Assembly: GCA_050248855.1 (NCBI GenBank)
Contig: JBFWRP010000005.1
Coordinates: forward strand, 128,001 to 192,000
Length of the DNA: 64,000 bases
Direction of reading: 5' to 3'
Source of the DNA: Planctomycetota bacterium
GTDB lineage: Bacteria; Planctomycetota; PLA2; JAEUHO01
Part shown: positions 28,207 through 38,153 of the stretch, piece by piece
How the letters are laid out: the number at the start of each line of letters is the position of its first letter
How positions within the stretch are numbered: position 1 is the stretch's first letter
Position numbers and translations under genes: made by a program
The notes under the pieces: model-generated
The model's input: only the letters and a program-made list of their open reading frames with translations
The model's database searches: none
Told to the model about the DNA's origin: nothing

Positions 28207-28214
<8 letters not shown>
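27012..28214 (+). CDS. Secreted hypothetical protein
   Basis: TAGGCT -10 and GGAGG SD upstream; signal peptide; helical N-terminal part, Gly/Ala linker, beta-rich C-terminus. Confidence 0.65.
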
Positions 28215-28988
<774 letters not shown>

Positions 28989-28989
<1 letters not shown>

Positions 28990-29303
28990 CAGGCCGTCGC
29001 GCCGACCTTGAGCTCCATGACCTGGAACTGCGGCGACGACACGTGACGGTAGGCGATCTCGGGCAGCGTCCCGCTCTCGCGGACGAAGCGGCTCATCTCG
29101 GTGTACGCCGCGCGGTCCTTCATCACGTTCAGCTCGACGAGGCGACCCGTCGGGCCCGACGGCCCCACCTCCTCGTAGACCTCGTAGCGCTCGCTGCCGT
29201 GGGACTCCCAGTAGGGCTTGAGCTCGTCGCGCGCGCGGCGCAGGAACTCGTCCTTGTGACAGGGCTCGATGCTGAAGGTGACCAGGGAGAGGACGCGCGC
29301 CAT
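28989..29303 (-). CDS. Small dimeric alpha-beta barrel (NIPSNAP/ABM-like) protein
   Basis: 104-aa ORF with host-like codon usage, coupled to the ATPase gene; F.IEP..KDEF......P.W..HG pattern. Confidence 0.55.
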
Positions 29304-29355
29304 GGCGGCAGGGTCGGGCTCCCGGGCGGGCGGGTCAAGCGGATAGGATGGAGCC

Positions 29356-29793
29356 ATGCGCGCCGTGCTCCTCGTGGCGGTCACCCTGGCGGCGGCCGGA
29401 GGGCTGTGGCTGGCATTCCGCGGGAGCATCGAGCCCAGCCCCGAGCTGACCTCCCCCGACGAGGCCGATCCGGCGGTCGTCGAAGACCCTGCGCGCGAGG
29501 CGGCGATGCGCGCCACGGTCGGCACGCTGGCCGTCCGCGTCCGTACCGAGGGCGGTGAGGTGCCGCCCGGTGCGGAGGTCGGCTACGAGGCCCTGCACCG
29601 CACCACATGGGTCCCCGCCGGGAGGGACGGGGTGCGGACCTTCACCAACGTGCCCGTGGGCATCGTGCACGCCCTGGCGCGCGCGCCCGGCTACGAGACG
29701 GCACGCCAACGCCGCGACCTTCCGCCTGGCCTCGCCGACGAAGCCCTGCTGGTCTTGCGTCGGGCCCCCGGAAGCACCCCGCCGCCGCGGTGA
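29356..29793 (+). CDS. Membrane-anchored protein with carboxypeptidase-regulatory-like domain
   Basis: N-terminal TM; GTLAVRV...PGAEV...DG..TF.NVP.G...ARAPGY. Confidence 0.65.
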   Translation: MRAVLLVAVTLAAAGGLWLAFRGSIEPSPELTSPDEADPAVVEDPAREAAMRATVGTLAVRVRTEGGEVPPGAEVGYEALHRTTWVPAGRDGVRTFTNVPVGIVHALARAPGYETARQRRDLPPGLADEALLVLRRAPGSTPPPR

Positions 29794-29806
29794 TAGCCTC
29801 CGATCC

Positions 29807-31075
29807 GTGAGCTCCGCCTCCCCCACGTCCTCCGATGCCGCGTTCTCCGAGCGCTACTTTCGCAAGGGCTTGGGCCTGCGCCAGGAGGTGCGCGGCCAGG
29901 TGGCCTCGGAGTACCGCTCCGACTGGGCGCAGGCCTTCCGCGACAGCGGCCACGTCCTGACGTTCGCACGCGGGGACGGCGCCTCCACGACCTTCCAGCT
30001 GGCCCGCGAGTGGGGCTTTTGCTACGGCGTCGAACGCTCGGTGGACTACGCGTACGAGACGCTGCACCGCTTCCCCGACCGGCGCATCGTGCTCACCGGC
30101 GAGATCATCCACAACCCGCGCGTCAACAACCGCCTGCGGGACCTGGGCATCCGCTTCCTCGGCGACGACGACGTGCCCGACGAGTCGGCCATCACGGCCG
30201 AGGATGTGGTGCTGCTGCCGGCCTTCGGCGTGGCGACGGTCCAGTTCGACGCGCTGAAGCAGAGCGGCGCCATCCTCGTGGACACCACGTGTGGCAGCGT
30301 GCTCAACGTCTGGAAGAACGTCGAGCGCTACGCCCGCGACGGCCTCACCTCCCTCGTGCACGGCAAGGCCAATCACGAAGAGACGCGGGCCACCGTCAGC
30401 CGCGCGGGCCTCTACCCGGGCGCGCATAGCCTCGTGGTGCTGGACATGGACGAGGCACGCCTCGTCGTGGACTACATCCTGGGCCGTGGCGACCGGGCCG
30501 CGTTCCTCGAGCGCTTCGCACCGCCCAAGTCGTCGCCGGGCTTCGACCCGGACCTGCACCTGGAACGTATCGGCGTGGCGAACCAGACCACGATGCTCTC
30601 CAGCGAGTCGCTGGCGATCGCCCGCGCCGTGGGCGAGGCCCTGCAGCAGCGCTACGGGGATGCGGACCAGCCCTCGCGCTTCCGCAGCTTCGACACGATC
30701 TGCAGCGCCACGCAGGACCGCCAGGATGCACTGGCCGAGCTCATCCAGCAGCCGATCGACGTGTTGCTGGTGATCGGCGGCTACAACTCGTCCAACACGG
30801 GTCACCTGGCCGAGATGGCCGACGGCATCGTGCCCGCGTTCCACATCACCGGCCCCGAGTGCCTCGTGGACGCCGCGCGCATCCTGCACAAGCCCATCCA
30901 CCAGAAGGACGAGGTCCAGACGATCGGTTGGCTGAGGACCGACGGCGACCTGCGCGTCGGCCTCACCGCCGGCGCCTCCACGCCGGACGTGATGGTGGGC
31001 GCAGTCCTGGAGCGGCTGCTCGAGCTGCGCGGACATGCCGAGCCGTACCAGCCGGCGGGTTCCGCCGACGCCTGA
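29807..31075 (+). CDS. ispH: 4-hydroxy-3-methylbut-2-enyl diphosphate reductase
   Basis: GFCYGVERS, EIIHNP, DTTC, HEET, ANQTTM, DTICSATQDRQ, GGYNSSNT, TAGASTPD (three Fe-S Cys present). Confidence 0.94.
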   Translation: MSSASPTSSDAAFSERYFRKGLGLRQEVRGQVASEYRSDWAQAFRDSGHVLTFARGDGASTTFQLAREWGFCYGVERSVDYAYETLHRFPDRRIVLTGEIIHNPRVNNRLRDLGIRFLGDDDVPDESAITAEDVVLLPAFGVATVQFDALKQSGAILVDTTCGSVLNVWKNVERYARDGLTSLVHGKANHEETRATVSRAGLYPGAHSLVVLDMDEARLVVDYILGRGDRAAFLERFAPPKSSPGFDPDLHLERIGVANQTTMLSSESLAIARAVGEALQQRYGDADQPSRFRSFDTICSATQDRQDALAELIQQPIDVLLVIGGYNSSNTGHLAEMADGIVPAFHITGPECLVDAARILHKPIHQKDEVQTIGWLRTDGDLRVGLTAGASTPDVMVGAVLERLLELRGHAEPYQPAGSADA

Positions 31076-32305
31076 TCACGTCTTCAGGCGCGGGTCGAGC
31101 GCGTCGCGCATGGCGTCGGCGAGCAGGTTGACCGCGAGAACAAGACCGAACATGGCCACGGTCGCGGCGGTGATCTGCCACCAGACGGACGGCGTGCGGA
31201 TCAGCTCCTGCGCACCCTGGCGGATCATGGCGCCCCACGAGGCCTCTTCGGGCTCGAGGCCCAGGCCCAGGAACGAGAGCACGACCTCGAACTTGATCGC
31301 GCTGATGAACAGCAGCGAGAAGCTGACCAGCACCAAGTGGAATGCATTGGGCAGGACGTGCTTGAACAGCAAGCGGCTCGTGGGAAGGCCCAGGCTGCGA
31401 CCGGCGGTCACGTACTCCAGCTCGCGCAGCTTGATGATCTCGCCACGCACGACGCGGCAGATGCCCACCCAGCTGGTGAGACCAACCGCGATGATGATCT
31501 GGAAGAGGCCGAGGGACAGGTCCAGACTCGTCCGGAAGAAGCTGGCGTTGAACCAGTCCTTGAGCTCGGGCTGCTGGCGGAAGACATAGGCGAACGCCAA
31601 CAACAGCAGCAGGTACGGGATGCTGCTGATCGTCGTGTAGAGCCAGACGACGAGGTCGTCGACCCAACCGCCGAAAAAGCCGGCCACGGCCCCCAGCAAC
31701 ACGCCGATGAAGCAGGAGAGCGTGGCCGCAAAGAGCCCGATCCACAGCGCGGTCGTCGTCCCCCGCAGCGTGAGGGACAGCACGTCGCGGCCCTGGAAGT
31801 CGGTGCCCAGCGTGGGGACCTCGCTGGAGGCCAGCTTGCGCGCCGGCTCGTTGTCCTGGGATTTGGCGTACTCGGTCCCGGGCTCGAGGTGCTCCATGCC
31901 CCGACGCGTGGCCGCGTAGCCCGACGCGATCCAGCCGGCCTGGGCCGCGATGCCCACGTAGACGTAGAGCAGGAAGAGGACCATGCTCGCCATCGCCACG
32001 TGGCTCTTCTGCAGCCGCCGGCTGGCCTGCTGCCAAGGCCCGAGCGGCGCCCCGGGTGCCGGGACCGGGCCCCAGAGCGGCGGAGGCGCGGGCGTCTGGA
32101 AGCCCAAGTACGACCCGGCGGCCTTCGCGTACGCCCCCGGATCGCTCGCGCGCTGCAGATCCTCGTTGCCGGCCGCCAACGGGTACACGATCGCGCGGAC
32201 GAGCAAGGAGCCGAGCGCCATCAGCGCGGCCAGCGGCCATGCGGCGATGCGCGCCGGCCACGCCAGGAAGCTCGCGCGGTACCTGTTCTCGCTGACGTCG
32301 CTCAT
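31076..32305 (-). CDS. Oligopeptide/dipeptide ABC permease (OppC/DppC-like)
   Basis: LGTDFQGRDV, RVVRGE..KLRE.EYV.A.RSLG, KHVLPN, LSFLGLG, SWGAMI, DAMRDALDP. Confidence 0.9.
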   Translation of the reverse strand: MSDVSENRYRASFLAWPARIAAWPLAALMALGSLLVRAIVYPLAAGNEDLQRASDPGAYAKAAGSYLGFQTPAPPPLWGPVPAPGAPLGPWQQASRRLQKSHVAMASMVLFLLYVYVGIAAQAGWIASGYAATRRGMEHLEPGTEYAKSQDNEPARKLASSEVPTLGTDFQGRDVLSLTLRGTTTALWIGLFAATLSCFIGVLLGAVAGFFGGWVDDLVVWLYTTISSIPYLLLLLAFAYVFRQQPELKDWFNASFFRTSLDLSLGLFQIIIAVGLTSWVGICRVVRGEIIKLRELEYVTAGRSLGLPTSRLLFKHVLPNAFHLVLVSFSLLFISAIKFEVVLSFLGLGLEPEEASWGAMIRQGAQELIRTPSVWWQITAATVAMFGLVLAVNLLADAMRDALDPRLKT

Positions 32306-33234
32306 CGCAGCCGCACCCGCGGGTCCACGAGCGCGTAGAGCACGTCGCTGATGATCGTGAAGAGGATATAGAGGATGCCGCTGTAGACGACCAGCGCCTT
32401 GATGACCGGGTAGTCGTTGGTCGTGACGGCCTCGATGCTGAGGTAGCCGACGCCGGGGATGCCGAAGAAGCGCTCGAGCAGCAGCGAGCCCACGAACAGG
32501 AACGGGAACGCGATCACGACGCGCGTGATGATCGGGATCATCGCGTTCTTGAGGATGTGCCGGAAGAGGATCGTCCGCGTCGGCACGCCCTTCGCCGCCG
32601 CTGTCCGCACGTAGTCCTTGCCCATCTCCTCCAGCATCACCGTGCGGAAGAAACGGACGTCGCTCCCGACGGAGATCGCCACCCAGATGAGCCACGGCAG
32701 GATCAGGAACACGATCCCGTGCAAGCCCGACTCGTAGCCGAAGACCGGCAACAGGCTCCAGCGGTAGCCCACCCAGTACTGCCCGAAGATGATGTAGGCC
32801 AACGACGACACGGAGAGCCCGGCTACCGCCGAGATCACCGTGAGGCGGTCCACGAGGCTGTCCCGGTAGAAGGCGCAGAGCAGAGCCAGCGCGATCGCGA
32901 TGAGCGTGGCCAGGATGAACGCCGGCACGGTCACGCTGGCGCTGGGCCCGATGCCCTCCAGGATCAGGTCACTCACGGGGCGGTTCTTGACCCATGAGTC
33001 GCCGAAGTCGAGCGTGAACGTCTCGCCGAGGAAGCGCAGGTACTGGACGACGAGCGGCTTGTCGGTGCCCGTCTCGCGCCGGGCCTGCTCGATCTCGTAC
33101 TCGCCGCCCTTCATGCTGACCAGCGCCTGGGCCGGGTCGCCGGCGGCCACGCTCAGGAGCAGGAAGGTGATGAGCGTGATCCCGATCAGCGTCGGGATCG
33201 CCAGCAGCAGGCGGCGGGCGATGTATCCAGCCAC
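32302..33234 (-). CDS. Oligopeptide/dipeptide ABC permease (OppB/DppB-like)
   Basis: YIARRLL..IPTL, DYVRTAAAKG, RHILKNAMIP, D.LYALVDPRVR. Confidence 0.92.
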   Translation of the reverse strand: MAGYIARRLLLAIPTLIGITLITFLLLSVAAGDPAQALVSMKGGEYEIEQARRETGTDKPLVVQYLRFLGETFTLDFGDSWVKNRPVSDLILEGIGPSASVTVPAFILATLIAIALALLCAFYRDSLVDRLTVISAVAGLSVSSLAYIIFGQYWVGYRWSLLPVFGYESGLHGIVFLILPWLIWVAISVGSDVRFFRTVMLEEMGKDYVRTAAAKGVPTRTILFRHILKNAMIPIITRVVIAFPFLFVGSLLLERFFGIPGVGYLSIEAVTTNDYPVIKALVVYSGILYILFTIISDVLYALVDPRVRLR

Positions 33235-33237
33235 CGG

Positions 33238-35208
33238 CTACCAGGCCCGCCGCGTGTTGCGCGCGGCCCAGAAGGTCGTCACCACGAGCGCGAGGAGCAC
33301 GAGCGAGGTCCAGACGATCGGCCAGGGGTTGGGCTTGCCGAGCCGAGCGCGTGCCAGGGAGCGTGCATTCTCGTCGACGCGGCAGTACTTGAAGTACTTG
33401 GTGGACAGGTCGTTGTAGCGGTACCCGTGTAGCCACGGGTGCACGAGCGTGTACATCTTGCGACGCACCCGGAACACCCAGACGCACTGGTCGGTCACGA
33501 TCTCTTGCATGCGACGGTACATGCGATCCCGCTCGGGACCTGGCAGCAGGAGAGCCGCGTCCTCGTACAGCTTGTTGAACTCAGGGTCGTCGAAGTTGGT
33601 AGCATTGGATCCGGGGCTCTTGTTCGGGCCGTAGTACAGTTGGAAGAAGTTCTGTGCGTCCGGGTAGTCGGCCCCCCAAGCCACGCCCCAGAACTGTGAC
33701 TCCTTGTTGCGCTGCCTCTTGAGCATGTCGGGGAATGACATTTGGAGGGCATCGATCTTCAACCCGATGTCCGCGAGATCGGCCTGCGTGGCCTGGAAGA
33801 ACTGCAGGCCCGTCGTGCCGGCACTTACGTCTTGCGTCAGCCGCGGCGCCCCGACGCCGCCCGGGTAACCAGCCTCCGCCAGTACCCGACGCGCTCTGTC
33901 CAGGGCTGCCTCTCGCGTCTCACCCGGCTGGCGCAGCCAAGGATTGCGGAACTCTGGATCAAACTCCCGGAACTCCTCGAGGATCGGCCCCTGCACCGGG
34001 CGTGCGCGCCCCGTGTACAGGTGCTCGATCTGCCAGTTGACATCCGTAGCCAAGCTGATTGCTCGCCGCAGCGCTAGTCCCCGCTCCCCGGCTGGAGACC
34101 CGAAGTTGGGGTCCTCCATGTTGAAGGCGTCGTAGACGATGTCCAGGCGCTCGTCTTTCGTGAGGTTGATACCCTGTTGGATCAGCGCCTGGGTAAGCCC
34201 TCCCGTGCTGCGGTCGATAGCCTGATCGAAACTGTCCTTGGGAATGCCTGATCGGTCGAGATACCCGCTGAGAAAGTAGAGCCAGGCGGGCTGGTCCTCC
34301 TCGAACACGGTCGCGATCACTCGTGGGGAGAACGGCATGCGCTGACCTACGAACTCCTTCATGTCCGGCGTCCCGTTGGCGGGATAGAGATCCTGCCGGT
34401 AGGACTCGTTCCTCTCGAACACCAGCTTGTGTTTGAGGCGCGCAGGACGCTCGCCCAGGCGATACGGACCACTTCCCACGGCTTGGACGGACAAGTCGTC
34501 ACCATAGAGTGCGACGGCTTCGGGCGGATACACCGAAGTGTAGCCCATGGTCAGGATCCACGGGAGCAGCGCGTAGGGCTTGATCAAGTGGATGCGGAGC
34601 GTGTGATCGTCGACGACCTCGAGACCATCTACGTCCGGATAGCCTTCGGCCTTGTCGTAGCGACTCCTATGCGTGTTCTTGGGAATCTTCGGACTGGCAC
34701 TCGCTGCCGCGAACGCGTCCAGCCCGACGACGCGGTCCTTGAACAGCCACGTGCCATCGCTCCTGGACTTCGCATCCATCAGCCGCAGGATGTTGAACTT
34801 CACGTCCGACGCGACGACTTCCCGCCCGCGGCCCGCCGACTCACGGAAGCAAGTGTCATCGATGTAGCGAACGCCCTTGCGCAGGCGGATCGTGTACGTG
34901 AGTGCATCCTCGCTTACCTCGGGCATCGCCGCGGCGAGGCACGGCTTGAGCTCGAAGGTCGGGGAGTAGTAGTCGTACTCGTAGAGCTGGTCATACAAGT
35001 TCGAGATGCAGGTGTTGCTGTACTGGTCACTTCCGCGGATGGGGTCGAGGCTCTGCGGTGCGCTCGAGAGCGGCACGTGCAGCTCTCCAGGGAGCGCCCC
35101 GGGGTAGGGGTCGGCGCCGCAGGCGCCGAGCAGCGGCAGCAGGACGGCCGCCGCAAGCGGCAGGAGGCGCCGGGCGCAGGTGTGTCGTTGCAGGCGCCCT
35201 CGACCCAT
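33238..35208 (-). CDS. Family-5 ABC substrate-binding lipoprotein with an extra C-terminal TM helix
   Basis: Lipobox LGAC; SLDP, LYDQLY.Y, PCLA..MPEVS.D..TYTI.LR.GV, VGSGPY, W.ADYPD..NF; C-terminal WPIVWTSLVLLALVVTTFW. Confidence 0.88.
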   Translation of the reverse strand: MGRGRLQRHTCARRLLPLAAAVLLPLLGACGADPYPGALPGELHVPLSSAPQSLDPIRGSDQYSNTCISNLYDQLYEYDYYSPTFELKPCLAAAMPEVSEDALTYTIRLRKGVRYIDDTCFRESAGRGREVVASDVKFNILRLMDAKSRSDGTWLFKDRVVGLDAFAAASASPKIPKNTHRSRYDKAEGYPDVDGLEVVDDHTLRIHLIKPYALLPWILTMGYTSVYPPEAVALYGDDLSVQAVGSGPYRLGERPARLKHKLVFERNESYRQDLYPANGTPDMKEFVGQRMPFSPRVIATVFEEDQPAWLYFLSGYLDRSGIPKDSFDQAIDRSTGGLTQALIQQGINLTKDERLDIVYDAFNMEDPNFGSPAGERGLALRRAISLATDVNWQIEHLYTGRARPVQGPILEEFREFDPEFRNPWLRQPGETREAALDRARRVLAEAGYPGGVGAPRLTQDVSAGTTGLQFFQATQADLADIGLKIDALQMSFPDMLKRQRNKESQFWGVAWGADYPDAQNFFQLYYGPNKSPGSNATNFDDPEFNKLYEDAALLLPGPERDRMYRRMQEIVTDQCVWVFRVRRKMYTLVHPWLHGYRYNDLSTKYFKYCRVDENARSLARARLGKPNPWPIVWTSLVLLALVVTTFWAARNTRRAW

Positions 35209-35322
35209 CGCGGCGGAACGTACCGGCGCGCACGGGCGGCCGCAACGTGCAGGATCCGATCGTCGGCCCGCGGTGGCTGACAAGCCTTCCGCAGGGCGCC
35301 GCTCCGCCGCTACCCTCTAGGC

Positions 35323-36087
35323 ATGCTGCTTCCCCTTCTCGTGATCGCCGCGGGCTTGGGCCTGGGCGCGCTGGGCTGGCTCTACGGCCGCCTGGCGGGA
35401 CGTGAACGCGACCTGGCCCAGGGCATCGGCAGGCTCCAGGAACACATCGAGGCCGCACAGAAGAGCCTGCAGCAGCGCCTGGAGGCGTCCGCCGAAGCCG
35501 CCGACCGCGCCACCGAAGCACGCTTGGCGCCCCACGCGGCATCGCTGCGCACGCTGCGCGCGGACCTCGACCGCGCGCTGCCGGGTCTCGAGGGCGCCGG
35601 GAGCCGGCTGGAGGGGCTGGGCGCCGAGATCCAAGCCCTCGAGCGGCGCGTCGCCGAAGGCGGGCGCAGTGCCACGGCGGCCGCGACGGAGGCGGCCGCG
35701 AACGCCGCGCGCCAGGCCTCCGAGGACTTGCGCAAGGCGCTCGCCGGCCTCTTGCAGCGGATGGAGACACTCGAGAAGCGCGTCGCCGCGGCCGAGGTCG
35801 TCCCGGCCACGCGACGTACCGAGCACGCAGCGCCGCCGCGGGCGGCGCCGACCCCCGCGACGACCCCCACGACGACGCCCACGACGACGGTCGGGGGCGC
35901 TCCGGCCGGACGTGCCGACCTCGCGTTCTCCGGGGCCACGCCCGTCCCCGTGGCCGCGCCGCCGCGCACGGTCTCGACGACCTCCCCCACCGAGGAGGAC
36001 GCAGGCACGCCGGAGTCTGGCCTGGGCTGGATCCTGCTCGCCGTGGTGGTCGTGCTGGTGCTCGCGCTGCTCGCGAACTTCGGCTGA
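35323..36087 (+). CDS. Hypothetical coiled-coil protein with N- and C-terminal TM helices
   Basis: Hydrophobic ends, central coiled coil, Pro/Thr linker; TACCCT 6 nt before the ATG. Confidence 0.65.
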   Translation: MLLPLLVIAAGLGLGALGWLYGRLAGRERDLAQGIGRLQEHIEAAQKSLQQRLEASAEAADRATEARLAPHAASLRTLRADLDRALPGLEGAGSRLEGLGAEIQALERRVAEGGRSATAAATEAAANAARQASEDLRKALAGLLQRMETLEKRVAAAEVVPATRRTEHAAPPRAAPTPATTPTTTPTTTVGGAPAGRADLAFSGATPVPVAAPPRTVSTTSPTEEDAGTPESGLGWILLAVVVVLVLALLANFG

Positions 36088-36100
36088 TCCTCGTGCCGGG

Positions 36101-37498
36101 CTACCGCCCCGGCTCGGTCATGTGGCGCAGGTCGAGCACCTTCTTGAGCTCCGCCGGGGGCAGGAGCTTCTTCTCTTCGGCCAGCTCGCGGATGGTGCGG
36201 CCGGACTGGTAGGCCTCCTTGGCCAGCTTGGCCGCCGCGTCGTAGCCGATGTGCGGGGCCAGCGCCGTGCCCAGCATGAGGCTCTGCTCCACGATGCGCT
36301 CCACGCGCTCGCGATCGACTTCCAGGCCGCGCACGCAGCGGTGGTCGAAGCCTTCCACCGCACCGGCCAGCACGCGCACGCCGTCGATCAACACGTCCCC
36401 GAGCAAAGGCAGCGAGACGTTCAGCTCGAAGCTGCCCGAGGCGCCGGCGATGTTGACCGTGGTCACGTAGCCTTGCACCAGCTGGCAGGCCATGATCAGG
36501 CTCTCGGCCATCACGGGGTTGACCTTGCCCGGCATGATCGAGCTACCCGGCTGCACGGCGGGCAGCTTGAGCTCACCCAAGCCGCAGCGCGGGCCCGAGC
36601 CCAGCCAGCGGATGTCGTTGGCGACCTTGGTCAGCGCGGCCGCCGCGGCGCCCAGCGCCCCCGCGAAGAACACGCACGCCTCGCGGCCGCCCTGCTGCTC
36701 GAAGTGGTTGCGCGCCTCACGCAGCGGCAGGCCCAGGATCCTGCCCAGGTGCTGGATCGCGAGCGGCGGGAAGGCAGGGTCGGTGCCGATCCCCGTACCG
36801 ACGGCCGTGCCGCCGAGGGCGACTTCGAGCAGACCGTCGTAGGCGAGCGCGATGCGCTGGCAGGAGTGGGCGACTTGCGCCGCATGGCCGCGGAACACCT
36901 GGCCCATGCGCACGGGCGTGGCGTCCTGCAAGTGCGTGCGGCCGACCTTGACGACGTCGTCGGAGGCATCCGCCAGCTTGAGCAGCGAGCTCGCGAGGTC
37001 ACCCATCGCGGGCAGCAAGCGCGTGCGCACCAGCCGCGCCACGCTGACGTGCAGCGCCGTGGGGATGACGTCGTTGCTGGACTGCCCGAGGTTGACGTGG
37101 TCGTTGGGATGGACGGGCTCCTTCTGGCCCGGCTTGCCGCCCAAGGCGACGTTGGCCATGTTGGCCAGCACCTCGTTCATGTTCATGTTCGACGAAGTGC
37201 CCGAGCCGGTCTGGAACACGTCGATCGGGAACTCGGCTTCGTGGCCGCCCGCAAGGATCGCTTCGGCCGCCTTGCGGATGGCCTTGGCCGTCTTCGCGGG
37301 CAGGAGCTTCAGCTCCTGGTTGGCCTCGGCGGCGGCCGCCTTGATCGCCGCCAGCGCATGCAGGAACTCGGGCGGCAGGGGCCGGCCCGAGACGCGGAAG
37401 TTGTCCACGGCGCGCTGGGTCTGCGCGCCCCACATGCGCTTGGCAGGGACCTTCACATCGCCCATCGAGTCGCGCTCGGTGCGCATCCGCTCGGCCAT
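36101..37498 (-). CDS. fumC: Class II fumarate hydratase
   Basis: R.ERDSMG, WGAQTQRA..NF, FQTGSGTSSNMNMNEV, GQSSNDVIPT, GRTHLQDATP, GSSIMPGKVNP. Confidence 0.93.
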   Translation of the reverse strand: MAERMRTERDSMGDVKVPAKRMWGAQTQRAVDNFRVSGRPLPPEFLHALAAIKAAAAEANQELKLLPAKTAKAIRKAAEAILAGGHEAEFPIDVFQTGSGTSSNMNMNEVLANMANVALGGKPGQKEPVHPNDHVNLGQSSNDVIPTALHVSVARLVRTRLLPAMGDLASSLLKLADASDDVVKVGRTHLQDATPVRMGQVFRGHAAQVAHSCQRIALAYDGLLEVALGGTAVGTGIGTDPAFPPLAIQHLGRILGLPLREARNHFEQQGGREACVFFAGALGAAAAALTKVANDIRWLGSGPRCGLGELKLPAVQPGSSIMPGKVNPVMAESLIMACQLVQGYVTTVNIAGASGSFELNVSLPLLGDVLIDGVRVLAGAVEGFDHRCVRGLEVDRERVERIVEQSLMLGTALAPHIGYDAAAKLAKEAYQSGRTIRELAEEKKLLPPAELKKVLDLRHMTEPGR

Positions 37499-37524
37499 GG
37501 TGTCTCCTACGCGTGTCCTGCGGG

Positions 37525-37998
37525 CTACTGCAGCTCGGCGAGGATCGCGTTGACGACCGACGGCGCATCGACCGGCAGCACGTAGCGGCGGGTCGGGCCG
37601 GTGATCTGCTTGTCGCTCTTGTCGGCCTCTTCCTTGATGGCGAGGCCCGCGAGCACGATCGGCAGCTGACGGGTGGCGCGATCGGCGCGGAGCTGCTGGC
37701 CGGTGTGGCGGCCGCGCTCGGGCTGGTCCTGCATGTCGACCACGATCAGGTCGGGGCGGAAGTCGCGCAGGTTCGGGGCGAGCTCGTTGCTGGTCTCGGC
37801 CGTGCGGATCTCGTGGCCCGCGGCCTTCAAGGCCTCCCCGAGCACGGCGAGGCGCGCGGCGTCGAAGCCGATCAACCAGACGTTGCGCGAGAGGCGCGGG
37901 GCCTTGGGCGTGCGGACCTCGCTGACCGGGTCGCCGGGCTTGGCGGTCTGGCCGTGCGGCTTGATGCGCGGCCGGGGCTTGGCCTTGGGCTTGGTCAT
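37525..37998 (-). CDS. Atypical stand-alone receiver-domain protein
   Basis: RPDLIVVD, LRAD.ATRQLPIV; acidic pocket and conserved Lys missing; AGGAG SD. Confidence 0.65.
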   Translation of the reverse strand: MTKPKAKPRPRIKPHGQTAKPGDPVSEVRTPKAPRLSRNVWLIGFDAARLAVLGEALKAAGHEIRTAETSNELAPNLRDFRPDLIVVDMQDQPERGRHTGQQLRADRATRQLPIVLAGLAIKEEADKSDKQITGPTRRYVLPVDAPSVVNAILAELQ

Positions 37999-38153
37999 CG
38001 GGCTCCTCCGCCGGGTCCGACGCGGCCCTCCGAGGGGGTGGGCGGCGAGCGGGCGCCCGGGCGCGCGGGAACGGCGGAGGGTAGCAGCGCCAGGGCCACC
38101 CTCCCGAGCGATGCCGGGGGCGCTCCCAGGTGCTTGGCCCCCGGACGGGCGGG

